Assembly (NCBI GenBank): GCA_050251015.1
Contig: JBFWNO010000005.1
Span: 1-52,411, forward strand
DNA from: Planctomycetota bacterium
GTDB lineage: Bacteria > Planctomycetota > JBFWNO01
Length of the DNA: 52,411 nt
Direction: 5' to 3'
In this document: positions 10,070-18,400 of the stretch, in pieces
Layout: the number at the start of each line of letters is the position of its first letter
How positions within the stretch are numbered: the first letter of the stretch is position 1
Translations under genes and position numbers: made by a program
The notes under the pieces: generated by a model
Databases searched by the model: none
Told to the model about the DNA's origin: nothing
The model's input: the letters and a program-made list of their open reading frames with translations, nothing else

Positions 10070-10146
10070 TGGCGCGCCCGGCAGGACTCGAACCTGCAAC
10101 CGCCGGATTAGAAATCCGGTGCTCTATCCGGTTGAGCTACGGGCGC
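10070..10146 (-). tRNA. tRNA-Arg (anticodon TCT)
   Basis: Reverse complement GCGCCCGTAGCTCAACCGGATAGAGCACCGGATTTCTAATCCGGCGGTTGCAGGTTCGAGTCCTGCCGGGCGCGCCA folds as a cloverleaf with a CCGGA/TCCGG anticodon stem, a TTCGA T-loop and encoded CCA. Confidence 0.97.
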
Positions 10147-10234
10147 CTTGGGTGGAATCTTACCCTTTTCAGGCTGTTTTTCCCTCAGGGCATCAGCGCC
10201 CCCTTGGCATAGCGGGCCGAAACACCCCAAGACC

Positions 10235-10240
10235 TATAAT
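10235..10240 (+). promoter_or_regulatory. -10 element TATAAT 6 nt before the queD ATG (leaderless-type)
   Basis: TATAAT-gagttg-ATG; no Shine-Dalgarno. Confidence 0.6.
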
Positions 10241-10246
10241 GAGTTG

Positions 10247-10699
10247 ATGCAGATCCACCGTGTGAGCAAGGATTACCGCTGGGAGGCCGCCCACCGACTG
10301 ATCCACGGCTATCCCGACAATTGCCGGCACCTCCACGGGCACAGCTACAACGCCACCGTAACGATGGAGCTCCTTCCCGGCCGGCACCTCAACCAGTACG
10401 GCTTCGTCTACGACTACAACGACATGAAGAAGCTCAAGAAGTGGATCAACGACCACTTCGACCACGCCTGCTTTGTGAGTTCCGAGGACACCGACCTCCT
10501 GGATTTCCTCGGAACCCAAGAGGGGCGCGGCAAGCATTACATCTTCAAGGGCCAGAGCTCGGCAGAGCGGATCTGCGAGGAGCTCTTCCGCGTGGCCAGC
10601 CAGATGCTGGGTGACGAAAGGGCCAGGGTGGTCGAGGTGCGGGTGAGGGAAACCTGCACCAGCGAGGCCATCCTCAAGGCCCCCCTGAGCCGCGATTGA
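10247..10699 (+). CDS. queD: 6-carboxytetrahydropterin synthase
   Basis: EAAHRL, NCRHLHGHSY, DHFDH and VRETCTS T-fold motifs; start moved to the ATG at 10247. Confidence 0.88.
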   Translation: MQIHRVSKDYRWEAAHRLIHGYPDNCRHLHGHSYNATVTMELLPGRHLNQYGFVYDYNDMKKLKKWINDHFDHACFVSSEDTDLLDFLGTQEGRGKHYIFKGQSSAERICEELFRVASQMLGDERARVVEVRVRETCTSEAILKAPLSRD

Positions 10700-11583
10700 A
10701 AGGGCCCACCCTCCTGGCTTCTCTGGCCCTGCTGGGCGTTTCAGCCCTGATGTTCCATTCCTGCACCAAGAAGGACGACCTCAACCGCCTGGACAGACTC
10801 CTGGGCCGGGCCCGGCTGGCCGACGACCTGGACAAGACCGAGGAACACCAACGCCTGATGGTGGACCTCGACAGGGAATTCGCGGCGCTGGGAAGCGCTT
10901 CGGATGCCGACCACCGTGCCTGGATCCTCAGGGCCCGCCTCTTCTCGATGAAGGGGCAGGTTCAGGATGCCCTGAAGTGCCTTCAGGAAGCCCGCAGGCT
11001 CGCTGCCCTGCCGGAGGCCCATGTCACACCCGGCCTCGAGTGGGAAATCCCCCTGATGGAAGGCCACCTCCTGCAGGTGTCGGGCAAGCCCCAAGAGGCC
11101 CTGGCGCCGCTCCGGCAGGCCCTCGCCCTGCGGCCCGACTCCTCCCACGTTCGCCTCAACCTTTCTGAGGCCCTGCGCCAAAGCGCTCCCGTCGAGGGGG
11201 GGCAGGAGATTCTTCGGGAGGCCTTCACCCACGCCTCCAAGTCCGTCGAGCTCAAGCCCTCGCCTGCCACCTACAACGAAAAGGCCCTGGTGCTCCTGAG
11301 GATGAAGGATTACGCCGAGGCCCGCGAGTGCCTCTTGAAGGCCCTCACGCTGTCACCCCGCGATCCGAAATGCCTCTACAACCTGGCTATCACCAGCGCC
11401 AGGCTGAGCCAGGACTACGCCGCTCCGCCTTCGCCCGACGGCAAGACCCTCGTGGAGTCCTACCGCCAGGAGGCCATCCGCACCTGGGAAGAGCTCCGGC
11501 ACGCCGACAAGAAACTGGCCGACAAGCTGTACTTTGAGGACGGATTCAGGGAGTTCTGCGAGGGCGCCGTCCTGAAGCGTTGA
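10696..11583 (+). CDS. TPR-repeat putative lipoprotein
   Basis: Signal-like N-terminus ending FHSC; TPR-like helices (ALALRPDSSHVRLNLSEAL, ALTLSPRDPKCLYNLA); TTGA overlap with queD. Confidence 0.8.
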   Translation: MKGPTLLASLALLGVSALMFHSCTKKDDLNRLDRLLGRARLADDLDKTEEHQRLMVDLDREFAALGSASDADHRAWILRARLFSMKGQVQDALKCLQEARRLAALPEAHVTPGLEWEIPLMEGHLLQVSGKPQEALAPLRQALALRPDSSHVRLNLSEALRQSAPVEGGQEILREAFTHASKSVELKPSPATYNEKALVLLRMKDYAEARECLLKALTLSPRDPKCLYNLAITSARLSQDYAAPPSPDGKTLVESYRQEAIRTWEELRHADKKLADKLYFEDGFREFCEGAVLKR

Positions 11584-11902
11584 TTCCGGCCAGGAGCACG
11601 CCGGCCATGTCGGCCGCAAGATCCTCAAGGCTTCCATCCCTCCCCGGCACCCAGGTCTGGTGCCATTCATCCAGCCCCGCCCACACGGCGGCGAGGACCA
11701 GCGCCAACCCCAGGGACTTCCACCGGAAGGGGGTCAGGGCCCACAACCACAGCCAGCCCAGGATGAAATACTCCACGCCGTGGACCAGCTTGTCGGCACC
11801 CGGGAACAGGAGTTCCTCGGGTCCCACAGGAAGTTGCCTGTCGGAAAGCCACCAGATCAGCCCCATGTAGGCCATGGGGGCGACCAACCTTGCCACGATC
11901 AA
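11546..11902 (-). CDS. VanZ family membrane protein
   Basis: DKLVHGVEYFILG and DEWHQTWVPGRDGSLEDLAADMAG motifs. Confidence 0.9.
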   Translation of the reverse strand: MIVARLVAPMAYMGLIWWLSDRQLPVGPEELLFPGADKLVHGVEYFILGWLWLWALTPFRWKSLGLALVLAAVWAGLDEWHQTWVPGRDGSLEDLAADMAGVLLAGINASGRRPRRTP

Positions 11903-12900
11903 TGCGAGCGTGAGATCAGGTAGTTGGAAATCTGGATCAATTCGTTGCGGCCGGGACTCTCGGGCAGGCTTTCCAGATCTCTGAGGGCCGCCTCGGTGAA
12001 GCGCCTGGCCTCGGCCCAGGCCGCCTCCACGGCTCCCGATTCCGGCAGCCGGCTATGCACGAAGGCCTTGGCCTCGTCACCCTTGCCGGCCCCCATCAGA
12101 GACTCCAGGGTTTCGACCTCTGCAGGACCCAGTGTCTCCACAAACTTGATGAGGGGGAGGGTGAACTTGCCCGTGGCGATGTCGGTGCCGAGGCTCTTGC
12201 CCATGGTGCCTTCCGAGCCCATCAGATCGAGGCAGTCATCCACGATCTGGAAGGCGCAACCCAGGCGCTCGCCCACCCTATCGAGGGTTTCCACGTGGCG
12301 GGTCTCAAGTCCTGCCAAGCGCGCGCCCATGGCCGTGCAGCAGCCAAGGAAGGTGGCTGTCTTGCGGAGGATCATCTCCATGTATTCCTCTTCGCTCATG
12401 CCGCGCTTGATGCGGGATTCCAGCTGGAGCATCTCGCCCTCGCAGAGGTCGCCTGTGACCTCGGCCAGGCGTTCGCGGGCCGGCAGGTCGGCAATGCGCA
12501 CGGTCATCAGGAAGGCCTTGGAAAAGAGGTAGTCGCCGAAAATCACCGCCACCTGGTTGTCCCAGCGAAGATTGAACGAGGGGCTGTTCCGGCGGGTGTC
12601 GGCCCTGTCGATGACGTCGTCGTGGATCAGGGTCGCCGTGTGCACCAGTTCGGTGATGAGTGCCAGGTCCATGACGGCCTCCGACGGAACCCTGTCGCCG
12701 GCGCAACGGGCGGCCATCAGCACCAGGGCCGGGCGCAGTCTCTTGCCCCTGAAACGGCGGACATGGGCCACCAGATCCGACATCAGGGGTTCCTTCGAGG
12801 CCACCACCGCATCAACCCGACGGTCGACCTCACGGATCCACGGGAGAATGGGGGCCACGATCTGGTCGAGGGCCGGGCTCTTGGTCATGGTGTCCGCCAT
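11899..12900 (-). CDS. Polyprenyl diphosphate synthase (IspB/HepT-like)
   Basis: GKRLRP, FARM HDDVID..RR, KTA and SARM FQIVDDCLD motifs. Start placed at 12900 because the ATG at 12909 lies inside a TATAAT box. Confidence 0.93.
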   Translation of the reverse strand: MADTMTKSPALDQIVAPILPWIREVDRRVDAVVASKEPLMSDLVAHVRRFRGKRLRPALVLMAARCAGDRVPSEAVMDLALITELVHTATLIHDDVIDRADTRRNSPSFNLRWDNQVAVIFGDYLFSKAFLMTVRIADLPARERLAEVTGDLCEGEMLQLESRIKRGMSEEEYMEMILRKTATFLGCCTAMGARLAGLETRHVETLDRVGERLGCAFQIVDDCLDLMGSEGTMGKSLGTDIATGKFTLPLIKFVETLGPAEVETLESLMGAGKGDEAKAFVHSRLPESGAVEAAWAEARRFTEAALRDLESLPESPGRNELIQISNYLISRSH

Positions 12901-12907
12901 GGACGTC

Positions 12908-12913
12908 ATTATA
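12908..12913 (-). promoter_or_regulatory. -10 element TATAAT 7 nt before the ATG at 12900
   Basis: Minus strand reads TATAAT-gacgtcc-ATG. Confidence 0.55.
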
Positions 12914-12921
12914 GGACAGGG

Positions 12922-13458
12922 CTACGGATTGCGGATAAGCCCGGATTCCGGGGTATTGGCATCCAGGGCCCGGGTGGCATCCAGGGGCCTGACGGTATGG
13001 GGCGTATGCTCCCAGAATGCCGCGACGGAACCCAGTTTGGCATCACTCGGCACCGACAGCTTGGTCAAGTCTGAGGCCCTCACAAAGGCGGCCAGGTAAT
13101 GCGACCCGACCGGCGAAACGAGGTGCCCGGAAACCGTCCCTATCAAGGGGGCCAGATCCCGGGTCTCGAGGGATGTCATGTCCACGGGAACCGAGAGGAG
13201 ATCTCGACCCGGAAAGATCGCCGTGAAGGTGGCCCAGGCGGCAAGGGGCCCCCGGGAGGGCCAGAGGTCATGGATCCGTTCCACACCCTCGGGCCAACCC
13301 GAGACACCGGATACCGAAAGGAGCACCCGTTCGCAGAGGGGACCGAGGGTTTGGATCGACCGGCTGTACCAGGGCTGACCGTCCCGTTCCAGGCTCCACT
13401 TCGGGTGACCCATCCGGGAGGAGGCCCCGCCACACAGGACAAGGCCGAGAGGCTTCAG
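12922..13458 (-). CDS. Molybdenum cofactor guanylyltransferase-like NTP transferase (MobA-like)
   Basis: LVLCGGASSRMGHPK, RGPLAA, VPVDM and NTPE motifs. The likely start is a CTG at 13458 overlapping the upstream TGA (CTGA); start uncertain. Confidence 0.8.
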   Translation of the reverse strand: MKPLGLVLCGGASSRMGHPKWSLERDGQPWYSRSIQTLGPLCERVLLSVSGVSGWPEGVERIHDLWPSRGPLAAWATFTAIFPGRDLLSVPVDMTSLETRDLAPLIGTVSGHLVSPVGSHYLAAFVRASDLTKLSVPSDAKLGSVAAFWEHTPHTVRPLDATRALDANTPESGLIRNP

Positions 13459-13709
13459 GGCCTGGTCCCTGATTCCTGGGAACCCAGTTTTTCTTCGAGG
13501 GCCTGCAGGCGCCATGAGAGTGAAAGGTGGGCCATCACCAGGATCGCCACACCCACCAGGATGCAGGCCCCCAGGATCAGGGTCGACTGGCGTTCCCTCT
13601 TCACACCACAGGGAAGACAGAAGAAGAAGGAGCCCCTCCGGCGGGCCGTGAAGAGATCCTCACCCCTCAGCGGGATGCCGCAGGAATCGCAATTGGGGGA
13701 ACCGCTCAC
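13455..13709 (-). CDS. Small zinc-ribbon (CxxC...CxxC) membrane-anchored protein (84 aa)
   Basis: GTG at 13709 overlaps the upstream stop (GTGA); CDSC and CLPC pairs followed by a TM helix. Confidence 0.65.
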   Translation of the reverse strand: MSGSPNCDSCGIPLRGEDLFTARRRGSFFFCLPCGVKRERQSTLILGACILVGVAILVMAHLSLSWRLQALEEKLGSQESGTRP

Positions 13710-14137
13710 GGACGGGTGTCCTCCAGCGTCATGGGCACGATGCTGAAATCCTTGTCGGCCCCCCGGGGCCAATCCATGGCAACACCCACGGCCCTGGGGA
13801 GGCCCATGCGACCGAGGTCCACCTCCTCCCATTCCTGGGTCCGCCTGTTTTTGCGGTTGGTGAGCACACGACCGTCGGCGCCAATCTTGGCTTTTTCGTT
13901 GAAATGCAGGTCATACACCGTGTCGACAGTCCCGCGGGAGCCATCGGGGAACAACAGGGTTTCGCGCCGGATGTAGGCGCGGGGTTCGCCGAGTCCCTTG
14001 CCGTTCTTGACGGCGAGCCATTGCTGGTTTTCGCGCCGGGTGGAGCTGACCTTGAATGCGTCCAGATCCCTCAGGGGCCGCGGTTCGTCATCACCGCAGG
14101 AGGCCAGCACAAACAGGGGGATCAACCACCGTCTCAT
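13706..14137 (-). CDS. Hypothetical lipoprotein
   Basis: MRRWLIPLFVLASC lipobox; ATG at 14137 lies 6 nt after TATAAT. Confidence 0.75.
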   Translation of the reverse strand: MRRWLIPLFVLASCGDDEPRPLRDLDAFKVSSTRRENQQWLAVKNGKGLGEPRAYIRRETLLFPDGSRGTVDTVYDLHFNEKAKIGADGRVLTNRKNRRTQEWEEVDLGRMGLPRAVGVAMDWPRGADKDFSIVPMTLEDTRP

Positions 14138-14143
14138 CCCGGC

Positions 14144-14149
14144 ATTATA
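14144..14149 (-). promoter_or_regulatory. -10 element TATAAT 6 nt before the lipoprotein ATG
   Basis: Minus strand reads TATAAT-gccggg-ATG. Confidence 0.6.
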
Positions 14150-14164
14150 ACCCCGCGGGGCCTC

Positions 14165-14173
14165 TGATATGAT
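14165..14173 (+). promoter_or_regulatory. Extended -10 (TGnTATGAT) 7 nt before the pilT-family ATG
   Basis: TGATATGAT-tccgcgc-ATG at 14181. Confidence 0.55.
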
Positions 14174-14180
14174 TCCGCGC

Positions 14181-15320
14181 ATGTCCTACGAGAGCGTGTT
14201 CAGCATCTACAGCGGCATCCATTCCGAGATCGACAGGATCTTCCAGCACATGGTCCGTTTCAACGCCTCGGACCTACACATCAAGGCCGGGGCCCCCCCC
14301 TTCCTCCGGATCGGGGGCTCCATGCGCGGGCTGGACATGCCCTTCCTGAACAACGAGCAGTGCGAAAAGCTGGTGTTCGCCATCATGAACGAACAGCAGA
14401 TCGAGAAGTACCGCCGCGACGGGGACATCGACTTCACCCACATGCTCTCCGAGGGCCAGCGTTTCCGCATCAACGTCTTCCGTGAGCGCGGCACCCTGGC
14501 GATGGCGGCCAGGCTGGTGCCTGTGGAGATCCCTACGTTTGCGGACCTCGGCCTGCCTCCCGAGACCCTGCGCAAGATCTGCGAGCAGGACAGCGGCATT
14601 GTGCTGCTCTCGGGTGTCACCGGCAGCGGCAAGAGCACCACCATTGCCGCGATGATTGACCACATCAACTCGACCCGCCGCTGCCATATCATCACCATCG
14701 AGGACCCCATCGAGTACCTCTACAAAGACAAGAAGAGCTTCATCAACCAGCGCGAGATCGGCTCCGACCTCGCGGATTTCAGCCAGGCCCTCAGGAACCT
14801 GGTGCGCCAGGATCCGGATGTGATCGTGGCCGGTGAGATGCGCGACTACGAGACCTTCAACTTCGGCCTCACCGCCGCCGAAACAGGGCACCTGGTGTTC
14901 GGCACCATGCACGCCTCCTCGGCGCCCCTCGTGATCCCCCGCATCCTCGACCTGTTCCCCGCCGACCGCCACGACCAGGTGCGCCAGAACCTGGCCTTCA
15001 CCCTGAGGGCCGTGATCTGCCAACGCCTCCTGCCCTCCTCGGTCAAGGGGCGGATGATGGTGCCGGCCCTGGAGATCATGCTGGGCACTCCCACCGTGGG
15101 CAAGATGATCCTCGAGGGCAAGGAAAACAAGCTGGCCGAGGTGATCCGTGGGAGCCGCGACGAGGGCATGATCGACTTCAACCATTCGCTGGCCGACCTC
15201 ATCAAGAAAGGCTACATTTCAAAGGAGACGGGGATGGACAACACCCCGAACCGCGAGGCCCTCTCGATGATCCTGCAGGGCATCGACCTCAGTGACGAGG
15301 GAGGCATCATCAAGAGTTGA
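14181..15320 (+). CDS. pilT: PilT/PilU-family type IV pilus retraction ATPase
   Basis: ASDLHIKAG, FRINVFRERG, Walker A GVTGSGKSTT, TIEDPIE, QREIG, RQDPDVIVAGEMRD and AETGHLVFGTMH. The canonical AIRNLIRE motif is replaced by TVGKMILE, so it may be PilU-like. Confidence 0.9.
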   Translation: MSYESVFSIYSGIHSEIDRIFQHMVRFNASDLHIKAGAPPFLRIGGSMRGLDMPFLNNEQCEKLVFAIMNEQQIEKYRRDGDIDFTHMLSEGQRFRINVFRERGTLAMAARLVPVEIPTFADLGLPPETLRKICEQDSGIVLLSGVTGSGKSTTIAAMIDHINSTRRCHIITIEDPIEYLYKDKKSFINQREIGSDLADFSQALRNLVRQDPDVIVAGEMRDYETFNFGLTAAETGHLVFGTMHASSAPLVIPRILDLFPADRHDQVRQNLAFTLRAVICQRLLPSSVKGRMMVPALEIMLGTPTVGKMILEGKENKLAEVIRGSRDEGMIDFNHSLADLIKKGYISKETGMDNTPNREALSMILQGIDLSDEGGIIKS

Positions 15321-15325
15321 CGCGT

Positions 15326-15401
15326 GGGGGGATAGCTCAGTTGGGAGAGCGCTACGTTCGCAACGTAGAGGCCGCGGGTTCGACTCCCGTTCCCTCCACC
15401 A
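15326..15401 (+). tRNA. tRNA-Ala (anticodon CGC)
   Basis: GGGGGGATAGCTCAGTTGGGAGAGCGCTACGTTCGCAACGTAGAGGCCGCGGGTTCGACTCCCGTTCCCTCCACCA; G3:U70 alanine identity pair, CTACG/CGTAG anticodon stem, encoded CCA. Confidence 0.97.
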
Positions 15402-15410
15402 AATTTTTCC

Positions 15411-18400
15411 TTACTCCAGGTTGTAATCGAAGAAAAGCGGATGTTTTCTGAGGAAGACCAGATCCACGTTCTCCACGAGGGGAGTCGACAGCACGACAGC
15501 GGGCCCTTTGAAACCCAGGATGAAGTGGATGTCGGCCACCGATGTGACCGCCAAGGGAGTTGCTGACTCCCAGGAATAGGTCGAGACCGTGCCGGGATCT
15601 TGGCTGATACCCACCAGCCCGTTGGGAACAGTCTGGAAAACGTGGTCCAGCTGAATGGCCTGAGCATCCGCCATGTCTACACCGGGGTCGGGTTCCTGGT
15701 CATCCCAAAACTCATGGAAAGGCGGTAGGTGAGCCGCCCAGCTGAATCCCACCAGGTTGATCCCCTGCTCGATCAAAGCCTGGGATGGCGCTTGCAGCAA
15801 GGGGTACAACTTGAGGGTGTTCGCCAAGTTGTAACTGGGATAGGGCGAGAAAACATTGGCGCCCCCCGCGTTGTAATTGGGGAGTTCGGGGAGAAACCCC
15901 CCATCGCCGCCCAAGGGTGAATCCGGTCCCAGGGTGGTGGGCTTTGTGAACACATAAACATCCATGAAGGATCCCCAGGTGATGTTCGATGCGAAATAGG
16001 AATAGGCCATGTTGCTGGTCCCGAACACATAGTTCGAAATAGTATGGGGCTCGAATCCGAAATAAAACCGGGAGGGAAAGCGGCGAAAGAGGTAACTCTT
16101 CCTGGGGGAATAAAAGTGATTGTAGAAGGTGTTGGCGTAATTGATGCCGCAGGGATTGAGGGGATTGACCCCCTGATTCCCAATAACATTGCCATCCAAT
16201 CTTGAAGGAGAGGGGGGCAGGGAGTAGTTGGTGAAATCATGGCTTCGCGGTATGCAATACGTCTTGCCATAATTCCTGTGAGAGCCCAGGATACCAGTGT
16301 CGGCTAAGGGCCCCTGGTAAGTCATGGTCTGGTAAGGATTGTGCTCCCGGCCCGTGGGCCATGAACTGAAATTGAGACCTTGGACTGAGGAGCCCCTGTA
16401 GGCCGGCGAGTAGTCCATATTGAAGAGAATGGCCGTGGTGGCAAAATCAAGATTTGAGGTCTTGCTGTAGCTGCCGTTGACATAGGCCGCCAGACAGCCT
16501 CCTTTGTTGGGGGGAGCATTGTCGAGGACGTTATCGAGATTCCTCCAGGCAATGAAGATATGGTTCCAACGACCTGTCTCAATGAGGGCCTGGAGATCCC
16601 CATGACTGTCTCGGGGGCCGCGACCATCCTCCGCGCCACCGACCCACCGGAGAGGCCTTTCCAGGTAGAAGCATTTGCGCACGGAGTGGTAATCGCGCCG
16701 GGCGTTCGGCGGCAGAATAGGATCTGAGGTGTCGAACAGAAAATGGGGTGAGCCTGTAGGGTTGGTGTACCAGCATCGTTGGGCCAGCATGGGCAATTGA
16801 TCCGTTGTGTCCCACGAGGCCCAAGTGGGTGTCACCTGAGTTCCAGGATTAGATCCCACGGGAGAGGTTTGATCGTTATGAAAGGCAAATTTATGGAGTT
16901 CCCATTCCAAGACAAGCACCTCGTTGGATGGCGGATTGGGCACAGGCCAGTGACCCTCAATGCCGTCTCCCCCCAAGATGGCATTCGTGCCAAAGATAGG
17001 CGAAACCTCGGGGAAAAGATGGCCACGTGACGTGGCATTGCCGGGATCTGTGCGCCCCCCCATGTTGCTGAAATAGAAGGGGCCGGCATCGATCTGTCCT
17101 GCGAACCCGGCAAACGGTATAACAGCAGGCCAACGCCAGTTCGCCATGGGTTTCATGTCAAATTGTGTTCCACCCACCCAGCCCGGGTACGACCACCATA
17201 CCAACCTCATACTGCCCACAAATTGGGACCTGATGAAGGGCTCATTCCCGGGGTAACTGAGTCCCGTACAGCGGGATTGAGTCTCCTGGTCATAGACGGA
17301 AAACGGCCAATAAAACAGCGTGCAGGCTCCGCTGGGCTGGCTGCTTTGGCAATGGAAACGAGGCTTCACATAAAACGATACCGCACCCTCGCGGATACTC
17401 GGCAGAAATGGCGAGATCGTGGAGCCGGGGTCGAATCCTTCCGTGGAGTCCGGCAAGCTGTTGTCCATCGCAATGTTGGTTTTGCTATTTCGCAACACCA
17501 ACAAGGCCTCCTTGTGATTGGGCCAACCGGCCAGGCCAGTCGCCGTATTAACAGCCCTGATCTTGCTGTTGTTGTAGGGACTCATGCGGATCCCTCCCCC
17601 TGGAAGAAGATCGGTCGCCACATCGATGAGCCCCGCTGTCGAAGGATACAAGGATCGGATCATGCCGGTGGGCGAAGGCTGAAGTGAATTCAGGAGTTTT
17701 CCCCTGGCATCTGCTTCATTGGGGCCCAACTGCATCCGCCCCCCCGTGGGCCAGGCATCCACAGGGCTGCCCGCGCCGTTGACGGGCGTGGTAGGCGCAG
17801 GATTGTAGCCGTTGAGTGGAACTCTGTAACAAACACTCTCTCCCCATGGAGGTGTCCGGGTGACGGGTTTCAACGCAAGATGTCCCGTCCATGTGCAGGG
17901 CGACACTCCAAGAAGCTCGGGATAGGTGACCCAGGATCCCAAGGTGGGCAGCATGGAGGGAGGGACATCACGGGCTGTCTCTACGAAATCGGCTTGAGTC
18001 CCCAGTTCCACCTTCTCATAGAGGCGGACCACAGTGGTCAGGATCCGACGCTGTCCCAGGTAGGGACTCCAACCCAGGCTGGTGTAGCGGTACTCAGGGG
18101 TCTGGAAAGAAACCTCAGGACACTTTTCAGCCCCCGTCCCCTCGGCCTCATCCAACATGAAGTAAAGCCCCTTGAAGGGGTGGCCAGTGATGGCAAGGCG
18201 CTGACGCCTATTCTCCACAGCGAGGGGAAGGGCCTCGTCCCACACCACACGAGCGTCATTCGGGTGGGGGTTGAGTAGCTCGGCGAGGATCTGCACCCGA
18301 CGATGGCTATGGTAGAGGTCATAGAATTGGGAAACATTGGAAAACTGCGTCGCGGGTAAGGACCATACCTGGGCATTGAACTGATGATCGGGGGTATAGA

